Source: the human T2T-CHM13v2.0 reference genome, Homo sapiens. Taken from it: 64,000 nt of DNA. Positions 50,619 to 64,000 of the stretch are shown here, piece after piece. Positions within the stretch are counted from its first letter, which is position 1, and each line of letters opens with the position of its first letter. A model generated the notes under the pieces. The model was not told the origin of the DNA, did not search any database, and saw nothing but the letters and a program-made list of their open reading frames with translations. Location of the stretch: NCBI RefSeq assembly GCF_009914755.1, contig NC_060934.1; one strand, 5' to 3'. Both the position numbers and the translations under genes were made by a program.

Positions 50619-51350
50619 GGTCCTCACCTTGGTGTGAGAAAACTCAGGGAAGGTTAATCTCAGTTAATGAACACATATTTACCAAGCATGCCCTCTGTCC
50701 TACAATCTGGGTGCAGGCTATATAGAAATAGATGACCCATCCCTGGCCTCTAGCTGAGGATTTGGAAAAGTAAACATTCCTTGTGACACTGCGTGACTAG
50801 TACTTTAACAAAGGTAGGCACTATGATGAGCAGTGGGGATCCTAAGGAGGGGTTCATCTGTGCCTAGACACCTGGCGTTGCTGCTGGAAGACTATAAACA
50901 TGCTTTCCGTGGCAGTGAGAACAAATGGGACCGTGCATTGCCAGCTGGCTTATGCCTGTTAGCTTAGGGAATGAGAATGAGTGGAAACCCAGGTGTCTGT
51001 AGGAGCTTCCTCTCCACGTCCTCTTCGGGCCCATCTGCCACCTGAATCCCATCTTTGTATCTGGGCAGCTGATTCCCCTCCAGGACCTGTTAACTATCAT
51101 TTACTCAGTGGCAGGCCCTGAGCTGAAAGCTGGTGATCCAAAGAGGAAGGTCTCAACCTCAGATCAACCTCAACCTTAGTCACCAACCCAGCCCAGAATT
51201 AACTGGAGTTTGCTTCCCCTTGGTGTTTTAGACAGGCTTGCCTGGGTAAGCATTTTCTCTGGAAATTTCTTACTACGTTGGCCCTGGCAGAGTGCTAAAT
51301 ACCTCTCTACTTTCTGGCAGGAATTCCCCATGTTCTGTGAGTCAAAAACC
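50619..51350 (-). promoter_or_regulatory. MBL2: MBL2 exon-1 promoter and 5'UTR with TATA box, FoxA/HNF3-type motifs and the H/L, X/Y, P/Q sites
   Basis: TATATA at 50719-50724; forkhead motifs GTAAACA 50770-50776, TATTTAC 50676-50682, ATAAACA ~50894-50900; gene-strand alleles C at 51231 (L), G at 50908 (Y), T at 50684 (Q). Confidence 0.85.
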
Positions 51351-51713
51351 ACTGGCAATTAGAAAACTTGCCTTGAATCCTCCTCCCATTTCTCAGTATT
51401 AACCTTTCATTTGTTCTTCAGAGCTTTCTTCCAGCTATTGCCCCCTAAGAAACCTCAGCAGCCTAGCCCCATAGGTCTAAGCCTCCAAGTTTCCCTTTGA
51501 AAACAAAGACAGTCTCCACTGCAGATGAACAGATAATGGAGGAAAGTCACAGATGCTCCAGCACAAGCAGAAAAAGAGACATCCTCAACCTGATTTCTGC
51601 TTTCCATCCCACTCCCCCCACCCCTAGAAAGCCTCCTCCATGCCTCCAGGGTCATGTCAGCTCCCCAAACCCTTGATCCGGAAACCCAGATTTATTCACC
51701 AGAAATGACTTAC

Positions 51714-51760
51714 TGGTGTTTCTGCAGAGCAGGGACTCAGTGACAAGGACGCTGGCCCTC
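51714..51760 (-). other. MBL2: MBL2 non-coding exon 0 (alternative first exon; 5' end approximate)
   Basis: Strong donor CACCA|GTAAGT at 51714/51713, about 1.1 kb upstream of the ATG; matching acceptor CACCAAG|GTGAGGACCATG at 50628/50627; MBL2 is known to have an exon 0. Confidence 0.75.
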
Positions 51761-52404
51761 TAGCCTGGGGCTCTGGCAGATGCCTCAGAGTGAGGGAGGA
51801 GGCTGGGCTCAGCAATGTAGGGCCCAATCAACCTTGTGAACAAGGATATCCTGGGCCTGGCCTTCAACTCCAGATTAATAAACAGCTCTTCTCAGAACTA
51901 TGAGAAATTTAGGAGCCTCCAATACAGTGCTCGGCAGCTGTCTGCTTTAATACAGCACAATTCCTCTTTCAATTGCCATCCATTTTGGCAAATCTCATTG
52001 CTGAACTACCACAGCTAGGTTCACCTAGTTAGTCCTGTTGACATCCTTGTTTCCAACAGAAAAACAAAGATACTCACAAATGCATACACATGCTCATGCA
52101 CACCAACTATACACACAGACACGTGCATGCACGCACACACCCATCCATGAAACCACATAGACCTCTTGCTGCCATTAATGCATTAAGGCCATTCCTGCCT
52201 CAGACTCTTCACTTGATGTCTCCATGCCTGGACCCCTTACGGGCATCGCCAGCTAGCTCTTTCTCTTCTATTCAAATATTCCAATTTCAGAGAAATCAGT
52301 ACCTTGATCACTTATTCTAAAATAGTCCTACCTAGCAGTCTCTATCCTCTTAGCCTGAATTATTTTCTCTCATGTTACTTACACTTTATGATATTATAGT
52401 CATT

Positions 52405-52750
52405 GTCTTTACTTTTCCAGTTTTTCATTGTGGTAAAATAGACATAAAATTTACCATTTTGACCATTATTATTAAGCACACAACTCAGTAGCATTAAGTA
52501 CATTCACACTGTTGTGCTATCATCACCACATCATGGGATGATTTTCATCATCCCAAACTGAAACTCTCAACTCATTAAACTAGAATTCTCCATTTACCCC
52601 TACCCACAGCCACTGGTAACTTCTGTTTTACTTTCTGTCTCTCTGAATTCATCTATCCTAGGTACCTCATATATGTGAAATCATACAATAGCCCCCTTGT
52701 ATCTGGCTTATTTCACTTAGCACAATGTCTTCAAGTTTCATCCTCATAAC
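52405..52750 (-). mobile_element. L1MB-type 3' end
   Basis: TTGTGGTAAAATAGACATAAAATTTACC...CTGGCTTATTTCACTTAGCACAATG. Confidence 0.75.
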
Positions 52751-53990
52751 AAGAATTGTAAACTGTGTTAAAGACTTTGGGTTTCCTTCCAGGGGGCACT
52801 AGAGGGACTGCAATAGTGGAGAGGTGATCACATTTGAATTTTGCAAGGCTTGTTCTGGCTATGATGTTTAGGGGAACAGGACTGGAGAAAAGCAGATCTA
52901 AAAGGAAGTGCTTGCCATGATCTAAGCAGCAGAAGACAGTGGCCTGGGTCAGGGTAATGGCAGCTAGATTAAGAAGGTAGGCACACTTGAGAAACAGGAG
53001 GTACTGATTGCACTTGAGAATTAGCTAGAATAGTGAGTGATAATAAGAAGTTTTCATGGGCACACACATTTATGACTTGACTATCTAGGGGCCACTCAAC
53101 TGAGATAAGAAGCAAAAGAACAGCACTTGGCACTATAAGATCATGGGTATCGTGTGTGTTAATGGCTTGAACCATCTTCCTGTGGTTAATGGGGACAATC
53201 TAGAAGGGATGGAAGAATACTTTTACGAACATAGTTCATTTGATTCTCAACTACATTACTGATATGGCTTTCAGAAAAATGCCATGTAGCTTGGGGTGTT
53301 GGGGAGCCCATCCAGAGAAGTTCAGAGGCTGCGGGGCCATGTGGTGGGGGTACTATGGAGGCCTCCAAACACCAAAAGAAATGTGAGTAAGATGCATTTC
53401 CAGGTCCCTTCCAATTGAAGTCTTCTTGGCTTGTGGAGGGACTGGCTTCCTTACTTCCTGCTGACCTGTCTGCTGTGCCTGGAAAAATGTCCAGGATGGT
53501 ACAGAGCCACATGCCTAAAGCCATCAGTGGATATCAGGAGATCCAGGGCCTAAAGAAGACAGGGCCTGAGAAGACTTGTTTCCCTTCTTATTCTTTAGCA
53601 GCCAGAGCTTCCCCCTGCTCCTGCTCCAGTGGCAGAAGGTGAGGTGAGGTAGTTGACTCCAGGTCACTGGCGGTGCTGGCTTTAATCACAGTGCTTGCTT
53701 TCATTGTTTACCTAGTCCAGAGGTCAGGAAACTGCTCTCCAGACCCTGAAATTTCCTAGAACTGGGTTCAGAGGGTGTGGGTATCTGGGGGAAAGTCAAT
53801 CTAGCAATTGATCTGGAGATTGGAGTGTCGCCCAGTTACATCCTGCTCTCCAGAAGGCCTTTCCCAAAAGGAGAGGCCACTCTCCACATGCCGCAGCCTG
53901 AATGTCTCTCTCCACACGAATGCCCACTCTGCACTCCACCCCATAGATAAGGCCACTGTGTGCATTTGTTCTGGACTTTAAAACCCTTCC

Positions 53991-54415
<425 letters not shown>

Positions 54416-54874
54416 CTACATCCCCTTTTTTGTAGACTAGGGTGAAATCCCAGCTCTCCCACTTCCCAACAGTGTGACCTTATTCAAGTTCCACTGCCTT
54501 CATGTCCTCAGTTTCCTCATCTGGGAAAGAGGGCACCGCTGCCTTGGCTGTGGAGTGGTGTGTCCTTAACTGGTCCACATTCAGAGTGCATGGCACGTGG
54601 CTCACCATGACAGCCTGCTTAAGAAAGGCCTTCATTCCCTCCAGGGTGACTGTTCAAGAGTCTTCTCAGCTTGGGAAGCAGTGTTCTTGGGTGGCTCCAT
54701 GTGAGAGGCATGGTTTGAGATTGGAAACCAGAAGGCTTGGTTTTGTCTCATGAATATGAGCTTAGATAGACCCCATATTCTGGCCGAACCTCAGTTTTAC
54801 ATCTTTCAAATCAGATTTTGAACCTCATTCCCTTTTCCACAGAGCTGCTGTGAGTAGGACAATAGCAATGAGAA

Positions 54875-55450
54875 TGTTATTGCTCTCCAAGTGAGGACCA
54901 TCAGGAATATGCTTATAGTCAGATAAAATGGATTTATTATTTTTAGTTTCTTTTAACTGTTTGTTCCAACAGGGATATTGAGCACAATGGTGTACCCTAG
55001 GATTTCTCAGTAACAGGGTGTCGGGAGGGGATTTCTATAAGACTTGTTTTGTTTTAGGTGGTTTTGGGGGAAGGGGTTTGAGAAGCAGGAGTCTGTTCTG
55101 GATAGGGTGCTGTCCGTAAGCTGGGCAATTCTGTGATTGTGCATCTTAACTTTTATTTAGGAGATAAGTAGAACAGAGCAAGGCGAAGCTGTATTTTGTA
55201 AAAGAGTGGCAGATGTTTATATTAAGCAGGAGAGGGGCATGTTTTTCGTTTTTGTGGTTCACAGAGCAACCTTTTCTGTCTATATGAAGACATGATTTTG
55301 CAATGATTTGGGATCTCACAACAGAGTAATATTGTTGTACACCGGTATTCTGTGGAAGTGTTTAGGGTCAGCAGGGAATACCATGGTCTGGCCATGAGAG
55401 ACAGGCTGTGAGAGACAGCTGACAGCGGTAGGCTGCTTTCTTGTTGTCAG
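54875..55450. mobile_element. ERVL-type LTR (MER76-like); same family as the LTR portion of arms A/B (about 17350-17780 and 26240-26611)
   Basis: GAGGACCATCAGGAAT...TCTGGATAGGGTGCTGTCCGTAAGC resembles arm B ACCACCAGGAACACACC...TCTGGTCTGGGTGCTGTCAGGAAGC. Confidence 0.5.
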
Positions 55451-57469
55451 CAGTGTCCTTTGTAACCCTAAGGCCTGACCTTCCCATACTTTTCATCCTG
55501 TACTGTCCTGTGTTCCAGTCCTGCTATTTTTTCTTTGCTTGTTTTTGCTCATGAACTCTCTGAGAATGTGTAAATGTCACAGGCCTTCTTTTTAACCAAC
55601 ACAAATACACAGGCCCACTGCATCTGGCAAGGACTACCTTAGGCCCCTATAGCCATGGGGTGGGTGGTCAGAGGGTGTCATATCTGCCCATGTGATAGAG
55701 ACATGCTTATCTGTGACATGGCCTTGAACACAGGGTGGCTGCAGTGAAAGGCAGCTCAGTAGTTAGGACAGCAAAGACCTGCTCTTTTGCCACAGAAATC
55801 AGAACACATGTGGCTTTCAGACTCTCCTCAGACATTCCTTACTGCCATTCTTCCTTCTGCCCCTTCACTCCCAGGCCTGGTATATTCCTTCCACCAGCGT
55901 CCTCCCTCTGGGGCAGCTTCCCTCTCTAAAAAAAAAAAACAAGAATTTCCTAGTGGGTGACCATCATTGATAGGTTTCTGGGGCCAGGGACACTTCTTGT
56001 CCAGGCCCATTCTCTGCCTCTGCTTTGGCTCACCTGGTGACCTAGAGCAGCATGTGGCAGAGGTGACCAGACAGGCCACACCCCCAAAAGGAGGTTGCTC
56101 ACTGCTAAGATAAAGAGCAGGCTGAGAGGGGCACGATCAGCACAATGGAAAGATAAGGACCAGAAGCACACACTACTGGCTGCAAAATTATTGGAAAGGA
56201 ATACCAGTAATTTAAAATAAGTATAATCAATATCCATAGAGAAATCAGTGAAGATACTGCCCATATGACACAAGCAAGAGGCAGTAGAAAAGCAATGAAG
56301 TAGAAACATTAACATGGACATTAGCCATTAGAATAATAAACACGATAGAAAGTGCAAACCATCAGGGTGCATATTGCTGAAGAACACACGGAGAAACTGC
56401 AAGAGCAGAGCAAAGGACTCTTGCAGGACTGGGAAACTGGAGAGATGGAAGTCAGGGGGTTAGAAACAGGAGATTTGGCGTATTAAAGACAAACAAGCAA
56501 AGCTTTCTGACACACAAAACGGAGTTGGAGAGATGGTACTCCTGCATCTAAACCAACCAGTCCCACAGATACCAGCAAGGAGGAGTGGAAGAGACAGAGA
56601 TGGCAGCTCCCCAGGCCTGAAACTGGGAACATAGGGAGGATACCGCAGAGAGGTGCTCACCTTTCGAGGCTTACCAAAAGCCATGGCACAGTGAGTGCTT
56701 GGGCTCTAACCAATTAGATCACCAAACCGCCTTCCCTGTGATGGTTAAAAATCTAGATATTTAGGGTAGGATCAGAAATGTAGGGAGTTGGGCAGAAACA
56801 CTCTTCTTCCCAACACCATCTCACTTGATTCTTGTGATTAGCTGCATGTAAGAGCCAAGCCTGGGTACAACAGGGAAAAAATCATAAGTGACCCCAAAGA
56901 GCTTCCAATATCATGAGGCAGCTTTCCTGGTACCCTTCCTGCTCTTTTCTACCTTCCTGGGACCAGAGACACAGAAAGCTCAGATGTAGATTAATGATAG
57001 ATTAATTGCATTATTAACGGATTAATTGCATCATTAATTTACCTAAGATCCCACACTGTACGCTTCGACAAAAATTCACCCTGTATGTATCCATGTGTGT
57101 GCGTGTGCATGCACTTGTGTACATATACTTGTGTATGTGCTTGGGAGAGGGGGAGTATCTGAATGGGAGTCTGTGCCATTTCTTAAAGTCTGTCTCCCCA
57201 CCTGCGATTAAATGAGCTCACCTGTAGCTTTGCGAGGATGAAAAGGTTTAGCACTCTGGAGCCAATCAGGAAACAGACATCACACAGTGATCTAAACAGG
57301 GGTAGTTTAATATAAAGAATTATTAAACCCTGATTAAAAAGTATAGAATGTAAGACATTCTGTATGGTTCAGACCTCACTGGAGAAAGGGTAGTTGAACC
57401 CACTGGGTGGCTGTGCTAATTTTTTGGGCCAGAGCTTCTCTGCAGTTCTGGGACAAGCAGGCATCAGCC

Positions 57470-58150
57470 CCCCTCCGGAGCACAGGTGGGCCAGGCAAGC
57501 CGCAGGTCCTGGCCGCAGTGGTCGCGCAGCGGGAGTGGGTCGTAGGTGCAACAGGCGGCCCGGAGCGCGGTGTCCCTGTTGGGAGGGCCACCGCTTCCCT
57601 AAGATTGCGGGAGACACACCTGGGGGAAGATGGAGGGACGAGCAGAGGCAGCACAACAGAGGTGCAGGCAGGAGGCTTCGTGCCTCGGTGTCCCTGTCGC
57701 GAGGGCTGCAGGGGGTTGGTGGCGAGGCCAGGGCGCAACTGCAAGCCCCCGGATTCGTGGCCAGACTGCGCGTTCCAACCGCGGTGCCCCCAGATGTTCC
57801 CACCCGCCAGGCCGACTCCCGAGGGGGCCTCCCGAAACTGCAGGAGCCCCCTTCTTCTTGCCATGTCTCTCTAGCGCCCTCTACTGAGAAGCTTTGCATC
57901 GTGCTCACTCGAAAAACGCTGAAAGGAATTCTGTGGTTTAATCACAGAGCATGTTTTGAAGGGTAAATTGGGAGCTGAGAGTCCTTTGATGCCTGGCACA
58001 GTAGGTGTGTCCGCATCGTCGTGCACACGGTAAGTCCACAGGCCCTGTGTGCTCCCTTTGTCTGCAGCTGTGACATCAAGGGTCCCTCCAGCCCGGCCTC
58101 GCGGCAAAGCTGAGCAGCAAAGGAAGGCAGAGGGGTGGGCCTTGCCGGCT
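57470..58150. promoter_or_regulatory. CpG-rich island-like segment within an old LTR-like element, with a CTCF-like motif at 57871-57888
   Basis: Dense CG/CGCG dinucleotides in an otherwise CpG-poor window; the minus strand reads TCAGTAGAGGGCGCTAG, close to the CTCF consensus CCASYAGRKGGCRCY. Confidence 0.6.
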
Positions 58151-58175
58151 TTGGGCCCAGAGGCTGGAGGCTGGG

Positions 58176-58402
58176 CTCCCTCTTTCTTCCCTTCCTCCTT
58201 TCCTCTTTCCCTCCTTCCTTTCTTCCTTGCTTCTCCCTCCTCCCCTCCCTGCCTCCCTCCTCCCATCTCTGTCTCCCTCTTCCCCTCCCTGCTTCCCTCC
58301 TCCCCACCTTCCCTCCCTCTTCCCCTCCTTCCCTCCCTCTTCCCCTCCTTCCCTCCCTCTTCCCCTCCTTCCCTCCCTCTTCCCCTCCTTCCCTCCCTCC
58401 TC
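58176..58402 (+). repeat. Polypyrimidine tract containing a 20-bp minisatellite
   Basis: CCCTCCCTCTTCCCCTCCTT repeated about 4.5 times at 58311-58400, with degenerate copies upstream. Confidence 0.95.
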
Positions 58403-60519
58403 AAGCACAACACATCCACATCGGCCCCCAGCCCAGCGCAGCTTTAAGAGACCCACTTACCTCAGAGGAACCCAATCAATCCCCACAAACACCTCTCTAG
58501 AATAGGAAGATGGAGATACAGGTGAGTCTGTCCTGGACAGAAAAGTGGAGACCCTGGAGGAGAGTGCGTTGAATTGATTGAGAGTGAACTGCCTATTGAA
58601 TTGGAGGTGGGGGACGGTCGGGGAGGGTTAAGGGAGACCTTCTCTTCCAGAAGGGCCAAGGAAAGGCTGGTTCCACAGGGCTGGCTGGGCTACAGACCAG
58701 CTGCCTCTCCCCTCTGCATACAGTTGGGTACCCAGTCACCAGACCCCCCAAGTGAGGGGGTCAGGAAGGTGTCACGGACAGATGTACACATATCTCATTT
58801 TCATTCCACTCCATCCTGACCTGAGGGTTGTGACTTAGACAAGCGCCCTCATCTTGTTGAGCCTCAGTTATTCAGCTGTAAATGGGCGGAAGGAGAGCAT
58901 TTAGTAATGGTAAATATGTAAGAGTGCTAATCGGGAAGCTCTACCCACTGAGAAAACAAGAAAAAAAATTCTTGGCGCTGAAAGAGGACCAAGAAGGATT
59001 GCTTTCTGAGATAGGTGCGGACAGACACACGCAGACCTAGAATAACGAGGTCAGACTCACCCAGGAATACTTGGCCCCAAGTTGACTCCCCTGTTTAAAG
59101 AGCGATAGAATGGTGGAGAGGGAGGATTGTCTTCTCAGGCGGCTCTGTATGGCCTCCAGGGGCCATGGTGAGGGATGGGGGTATCCTGGCCCTGAAGGCC
59201 CAGGGCACTTGAGGGAAGAACAAACTTTGCTGTGTCCCACAGGGAAAGTATGGGTCAGCCCTGCCATCTTGTGGCCATGCTTAGGACTGCAGGGGGCCAA
59301 GGGATACCCTGAGAGATCAGAGTACATTTCAAGGAGAAAGAAAAGCATTGCAAATGTTAGGTGTAGTAAAGATCTTGGCATTTGAAAGACTAAATCCAGA
59401 CTCGGGTCTCTGGAACTTCCCAGGGTGCCAGGCATCTCGCAAATAGTAGTGCTGTCTCTCCTCTCCTCCCTTTCCAAGATGTGAGCTCTGGGCTGCAGAT
59501 TCTGGGCCTGGATTCTGGTCTCCTCGTTCTGGGAGCTGCTCTCTGGGCTGACCCCAGGGCCTTGATCTAATTTTTTTCTTTGAAACTTGAGTTCTAAATT
59601 TGGGGTCTGGTCCCTGTCCTGACTGTCTAGCCTCAGTCCATCTATCTCTGGGCTTGGTTGTTTGAGATCATGGCTGAAGGTTAGGAGATCAGAGCTCCTG
59701 GTCTCTGCTCTGGTCTCTGAACTTAGACCTCGGGAATCAGGACACCAAGCCCTTGGTCATGGCTCATGCTACGTGGATGAACTCTGGGCTCCATTTGACT
59801 TTGTGGTCTCTACCCTCTGGATAGGCAGGAGTCTATGTTGTAAGCCCTGAACAACCAGTCACTGGATCTGCTCCAGGTCAGGTGGCTCTGGGGTCTGCTG
59901 GCTGGTGCTTCATTTGAGGCTACTCCTCCTCGAGGTTGTTGCTCTGGGCTGTGGGGTTAGGATTTTAGCCAGATTCTTCATGCCAGGCTGGAAACACAGG
60001 CAGCAGGTTTTGCATCTTGTAAAGGATAAAAGAGGCTCTTGCAGATACACAGGGAGCTGGGCCTGCCTGGACACTTCCTCCTCAGGAACTGCCCTAGGAA
60101 ACATGGACCTGGCCAAAGATTTGTCCTGGGAGGATTGAGGGCCCACAGGCACATCCTGAAGAGATGCAGAAACTTGCCCATCCCTGATGTCTCAAGCCAG
60201 CCCAGATATAAACACAGAAATGGAGACAGACAACTTCAGACATTGGACTGTGAGATGAGGAGAGAGGGTCGGGCTCACTGTGGACATCCTATCCTGTATC
60301 TTTCACACTGCCTGAAACATGGGACCACAGCAAACATTTGTTAATCAATAAAAGCAATGAGCTATGAGAGAAAAATTAGAAAGATGTAGAAGGACAAAGG
60401 GAGGGAGAAGGAACAGGCATTTGTTGACTAACTGATATGTGCTTCTGTGTGCTAGTTGCTTTATAGGTAATACCTCACTTAATTCACACAACGCCTTGAG
60501 TTGGTATACAGTATGTCAT

Positions 60520-61385
<866 letters not shown>

Positions 61386-62149
61386 TGAGTATGACTGGTA
61401 CTCCGCCTTTGGACTGTGAACCCAGTGTCTCCTCACCAGAGGGTGTCCTCTCATCAACAGCCTCCAGGGTGTCAGTTTGAAGAAATCACAGAAGGAGGGC
61501 TGGACCCTGTGGGGGCCTGGAAGGAAGATAAATTTGGGGAAGATTAATATTTAAAGGTTTGAAAAAACCCACCAAGGCTAACCAAAAGTGCTTAAGACCT
61601 GCAGAATCTGTATGAATCTTAGCACTGGATATCCCCCTGTGATGTGGGGTGCAGGGTCAGACCCAAGCACTTTACAGACTGTATGGCATTTAATCTCTCC
61701 AGGCATCCTGTGGGTGTCAGAGTAAATGTCCCCATTTCTCAGATGAGGGAAGAACTGCAAATACAACCCAAAGTCTGCTAGCCTTTAAAGCCATTATTTG
61801 CTCCTCAGTCCAATCAATATTCTGTGTGACCATGGCTCCAACTGACAACATCTGCCTTTTTATGTCATCACTAGAGTGTGACTGGTCCACTGTGAGTTCC
61901 TAAACTCCCCTCACATCCTTTTCTTGCAGAAAACCTCCGCTTCCGCCTTCCCAGGCCTACTGCTCTGCCTTTGTTCTTTCACTTCTTCAACATGTCAAAC
62001 TCTGTTCCTGCTTCTGCCTCAGTGCAGTCTGGCCCACTGCCTGGGATGCTATACCTTCTTCTTTCTCATGGTTTCTTTCCCCTACTACAGGACACACATA
62101 TCTCAGAATGGTGGATGATTTGTGAGTATTTCGTGTTCCTCCACCAGAG

Positions 62150-63290
62150 GTAAACTCTTGAGGACTGGCAACCACTCTGTAACACATGAAATGTCAACCT
62201 ATGATCAGAGAATATGAAAATCCAGAAGTGCTTGGTATTCTGGGCAAATTGAGCTCTGTGAATAATATAGAATTGCATTCGCATCCTAGTCAACCATGGG
62301 ATAAGAGAAGCCTCAATGTTCAGACCAAGGACAATCAGTGTCTGATCCTAAAAGAAAGTTACAGGCTCTAGAAAAAGAAATCTAATTCATCACAACACAA
62401 GTGGAATATGCCAAGACACACATGCTTGAACCTATCACAGAAAACTGAAAAAATTCTCATCATTTCCATACAGAGATCCAGCACTTGTGTGAAGAGTAAG
62501 TTCAAGTTTCTGCAGGATTGTTAGCGCAAAACCGAAGAACTGGCAGCCTCCCTGGGAGAGGAGAACATTGGTGATAATGTCCAATCAGAGAATGGAGATC
62601 ATGTTGAAACTAGGCAAAAGGATCCTAGAGGAAACTGAAGGGTTTTGTAGGGAAGTTGGACATTTAAACATTGAAAATAGAGGAAAATTCAATCTATGCC
62701 AACGTTGCTGAAGAAGAGTACAGAAAAGCTGAACGGACAAGTCCTCTGAAAGGGGCTCAAACTGAAGAAGCTGAATGAAAAGGTCAGATCCGCATCTTAG
62801 AGGAGAGAGGAAATGAAATGAGTGAACTCTATCAGCAGAAAGAAATGGAGTCTGTGTCTCAGTTATTACCTGTCAGGGTAGATTATGACTAACAGAAAGA
62901 GGTGGGAAGTTTTGAAGCCAAAGACCTGGTGAGTCGTAAAAATGAACTAGAGATCTACAGAATAGATTGTAAGATATCAAAGAAAAGCTGGAAATACCAT
63001 TTCTTCTTCTCAGGGACAGATTCTGTCCTTAGAACTAAAAGTTAATGGTAATTGGTTGAGAGCTTGGGAGGCTGAACAAAATCTCATCCTCACCAGACAG
63101 GAGGTTGCAGATCTGAGGTAAAGAATAAGGGAAAGATAAATTCAACTCCAGCTTCTGGCAGTGGATCCTCTTGTATTTGTTGATTGTGATGGAACATTTG
63201 GCTGGGAGCATTTGCTTCTCAGCCCATAGGCATGGGATGCCGCTTCGTCTGGGATGGAACGGCTCCATGCCCCTCTGCTCAGCTTCCAGG
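62150..63290 (+). pseudogene. Intronless cTAGE5/MIA2-family processed pseudogene, copy 2 (5' end not recognisable)
   Basis: VSDPKRKLQALEKEI*FITTQVEYAK vs cTAGE5 [34 protein letters not shown]...QSENGDH vs WAAMLGED...ESENGAY; MSELYQQKEM vs MTELYQENEM; NELEIYR vs EELETYR; SSQGQILSLELKVNGNWLRAWEAEQNL vs SYQGQIISHEKKAHDNWLAARNAERNL. DNA is clearly similar to copy 1. Confidence 0.8.
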
Positions 63291-63370
63291 ATGTCCTGTA
63301 CCTTCACTTTACCTTTCAGAAAGAAGAAAGGTGTTTGTCTCAATACATTTTAGTTGATTTAGAGAATGGC

Positions 63371-63738
63371 TGTCCTAGTCAGTCTGGGCTGCTATAACAG
63401 AAAAACACGGACTGGGTGACTTAAACAACAGACAATTATTTCTCACAGTTCTTGGGGCTGGGAAGTATAAAAACAAGGCACTGGCAGTCTGATGTTTGGT
63501 AAGGGCACTGCTCTTGGTTTGCAGAAGGCCATTTTGTCATTGTATCCTCATATAGTGGAGACAGAAAGAGATTATCTCTTTCTTGTCTCTTCTTATAAGG
63601 GCACTAATCCCCTTGTTCAGGGCTCCACCCTTATGATCTAATTACTTGCCAAAGGCCCCATCTCCTAATACTATCACCTTGGGAATTTAGGCTTCAACAT
63701 ATGAATTTTAGGCAGACACAAACATTCAGTACATAGCA
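63371..63738. mobile_element. MLT1A-type MaLR LTR
   Basis: TGTCCTAGTCAGTCTGGGCTGCTATAAC...CATTCAGTACATAGCA. Confidence 0.8.
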
Positions 63739-64000
63739 ATGGCTTAACCCCCAGAATTCACTAGAGGGAGAAGTGTGTGTAGTGATGACTCCAGCAGGGC
63801 CCAGAGAACTCTGATCCCATGCAGGTCTGGTGCCCTGGATGCTCTGGCTTTGCAGGGTCCTGAGTGGGGCTGGATGAGGCTCAGCTGTGAAAGCCACAGG
63901 AAGGTAGCTCTGGCTGTGATTCCTCAGCTTTGCCTTCCTTACAAGGGGGACCAGACCCTTAGGGTCACCAGGCTCTTCATCTGGCTTTGTGGGACTGCCC

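Noticed and set aside
57369-58505. Several overlapping 120-190 aa ORFs on both strands
   Set aside because: These arise from GC-rich and C/T low-complexity sequence that lacks stop codons; no recognisable protein.

Overview
Human-type genomic DNA, rich in Alu, L1 and LTR repeats. It contains the complete MBL2 gene (mannose-binding lectin 2) on the minus strand: four coding exons of 187+117+69+374 nt (248 aa plus stop), a non-coding exon 0 and a ~2.7 kb largely L1-derived 3'UTR. The promoter and exon 1 variants read as the LYQA haplotype. The main unexpected signal is two intronless, decayed cTAGE5/MIA2-like coiled-coil retrogene copies flanking MBL2 (about 27.2-28.6 kb and 62.15-63.3 kb). They resemble each other more than cTAGE5 and lie among old local duplications, including a 1.4 kb inverted repeat. 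Also present are a full-length L1PA with a 3' transduction, an internally deleted L1PB, an L1 junction filled with telomeric repeats, and a CpG-rich old LTR with a CTCF-like motif. Repeat subfamily names, cTAGE5 alignments and MBL2 allele definitions come from recalled sequences, not a database search.
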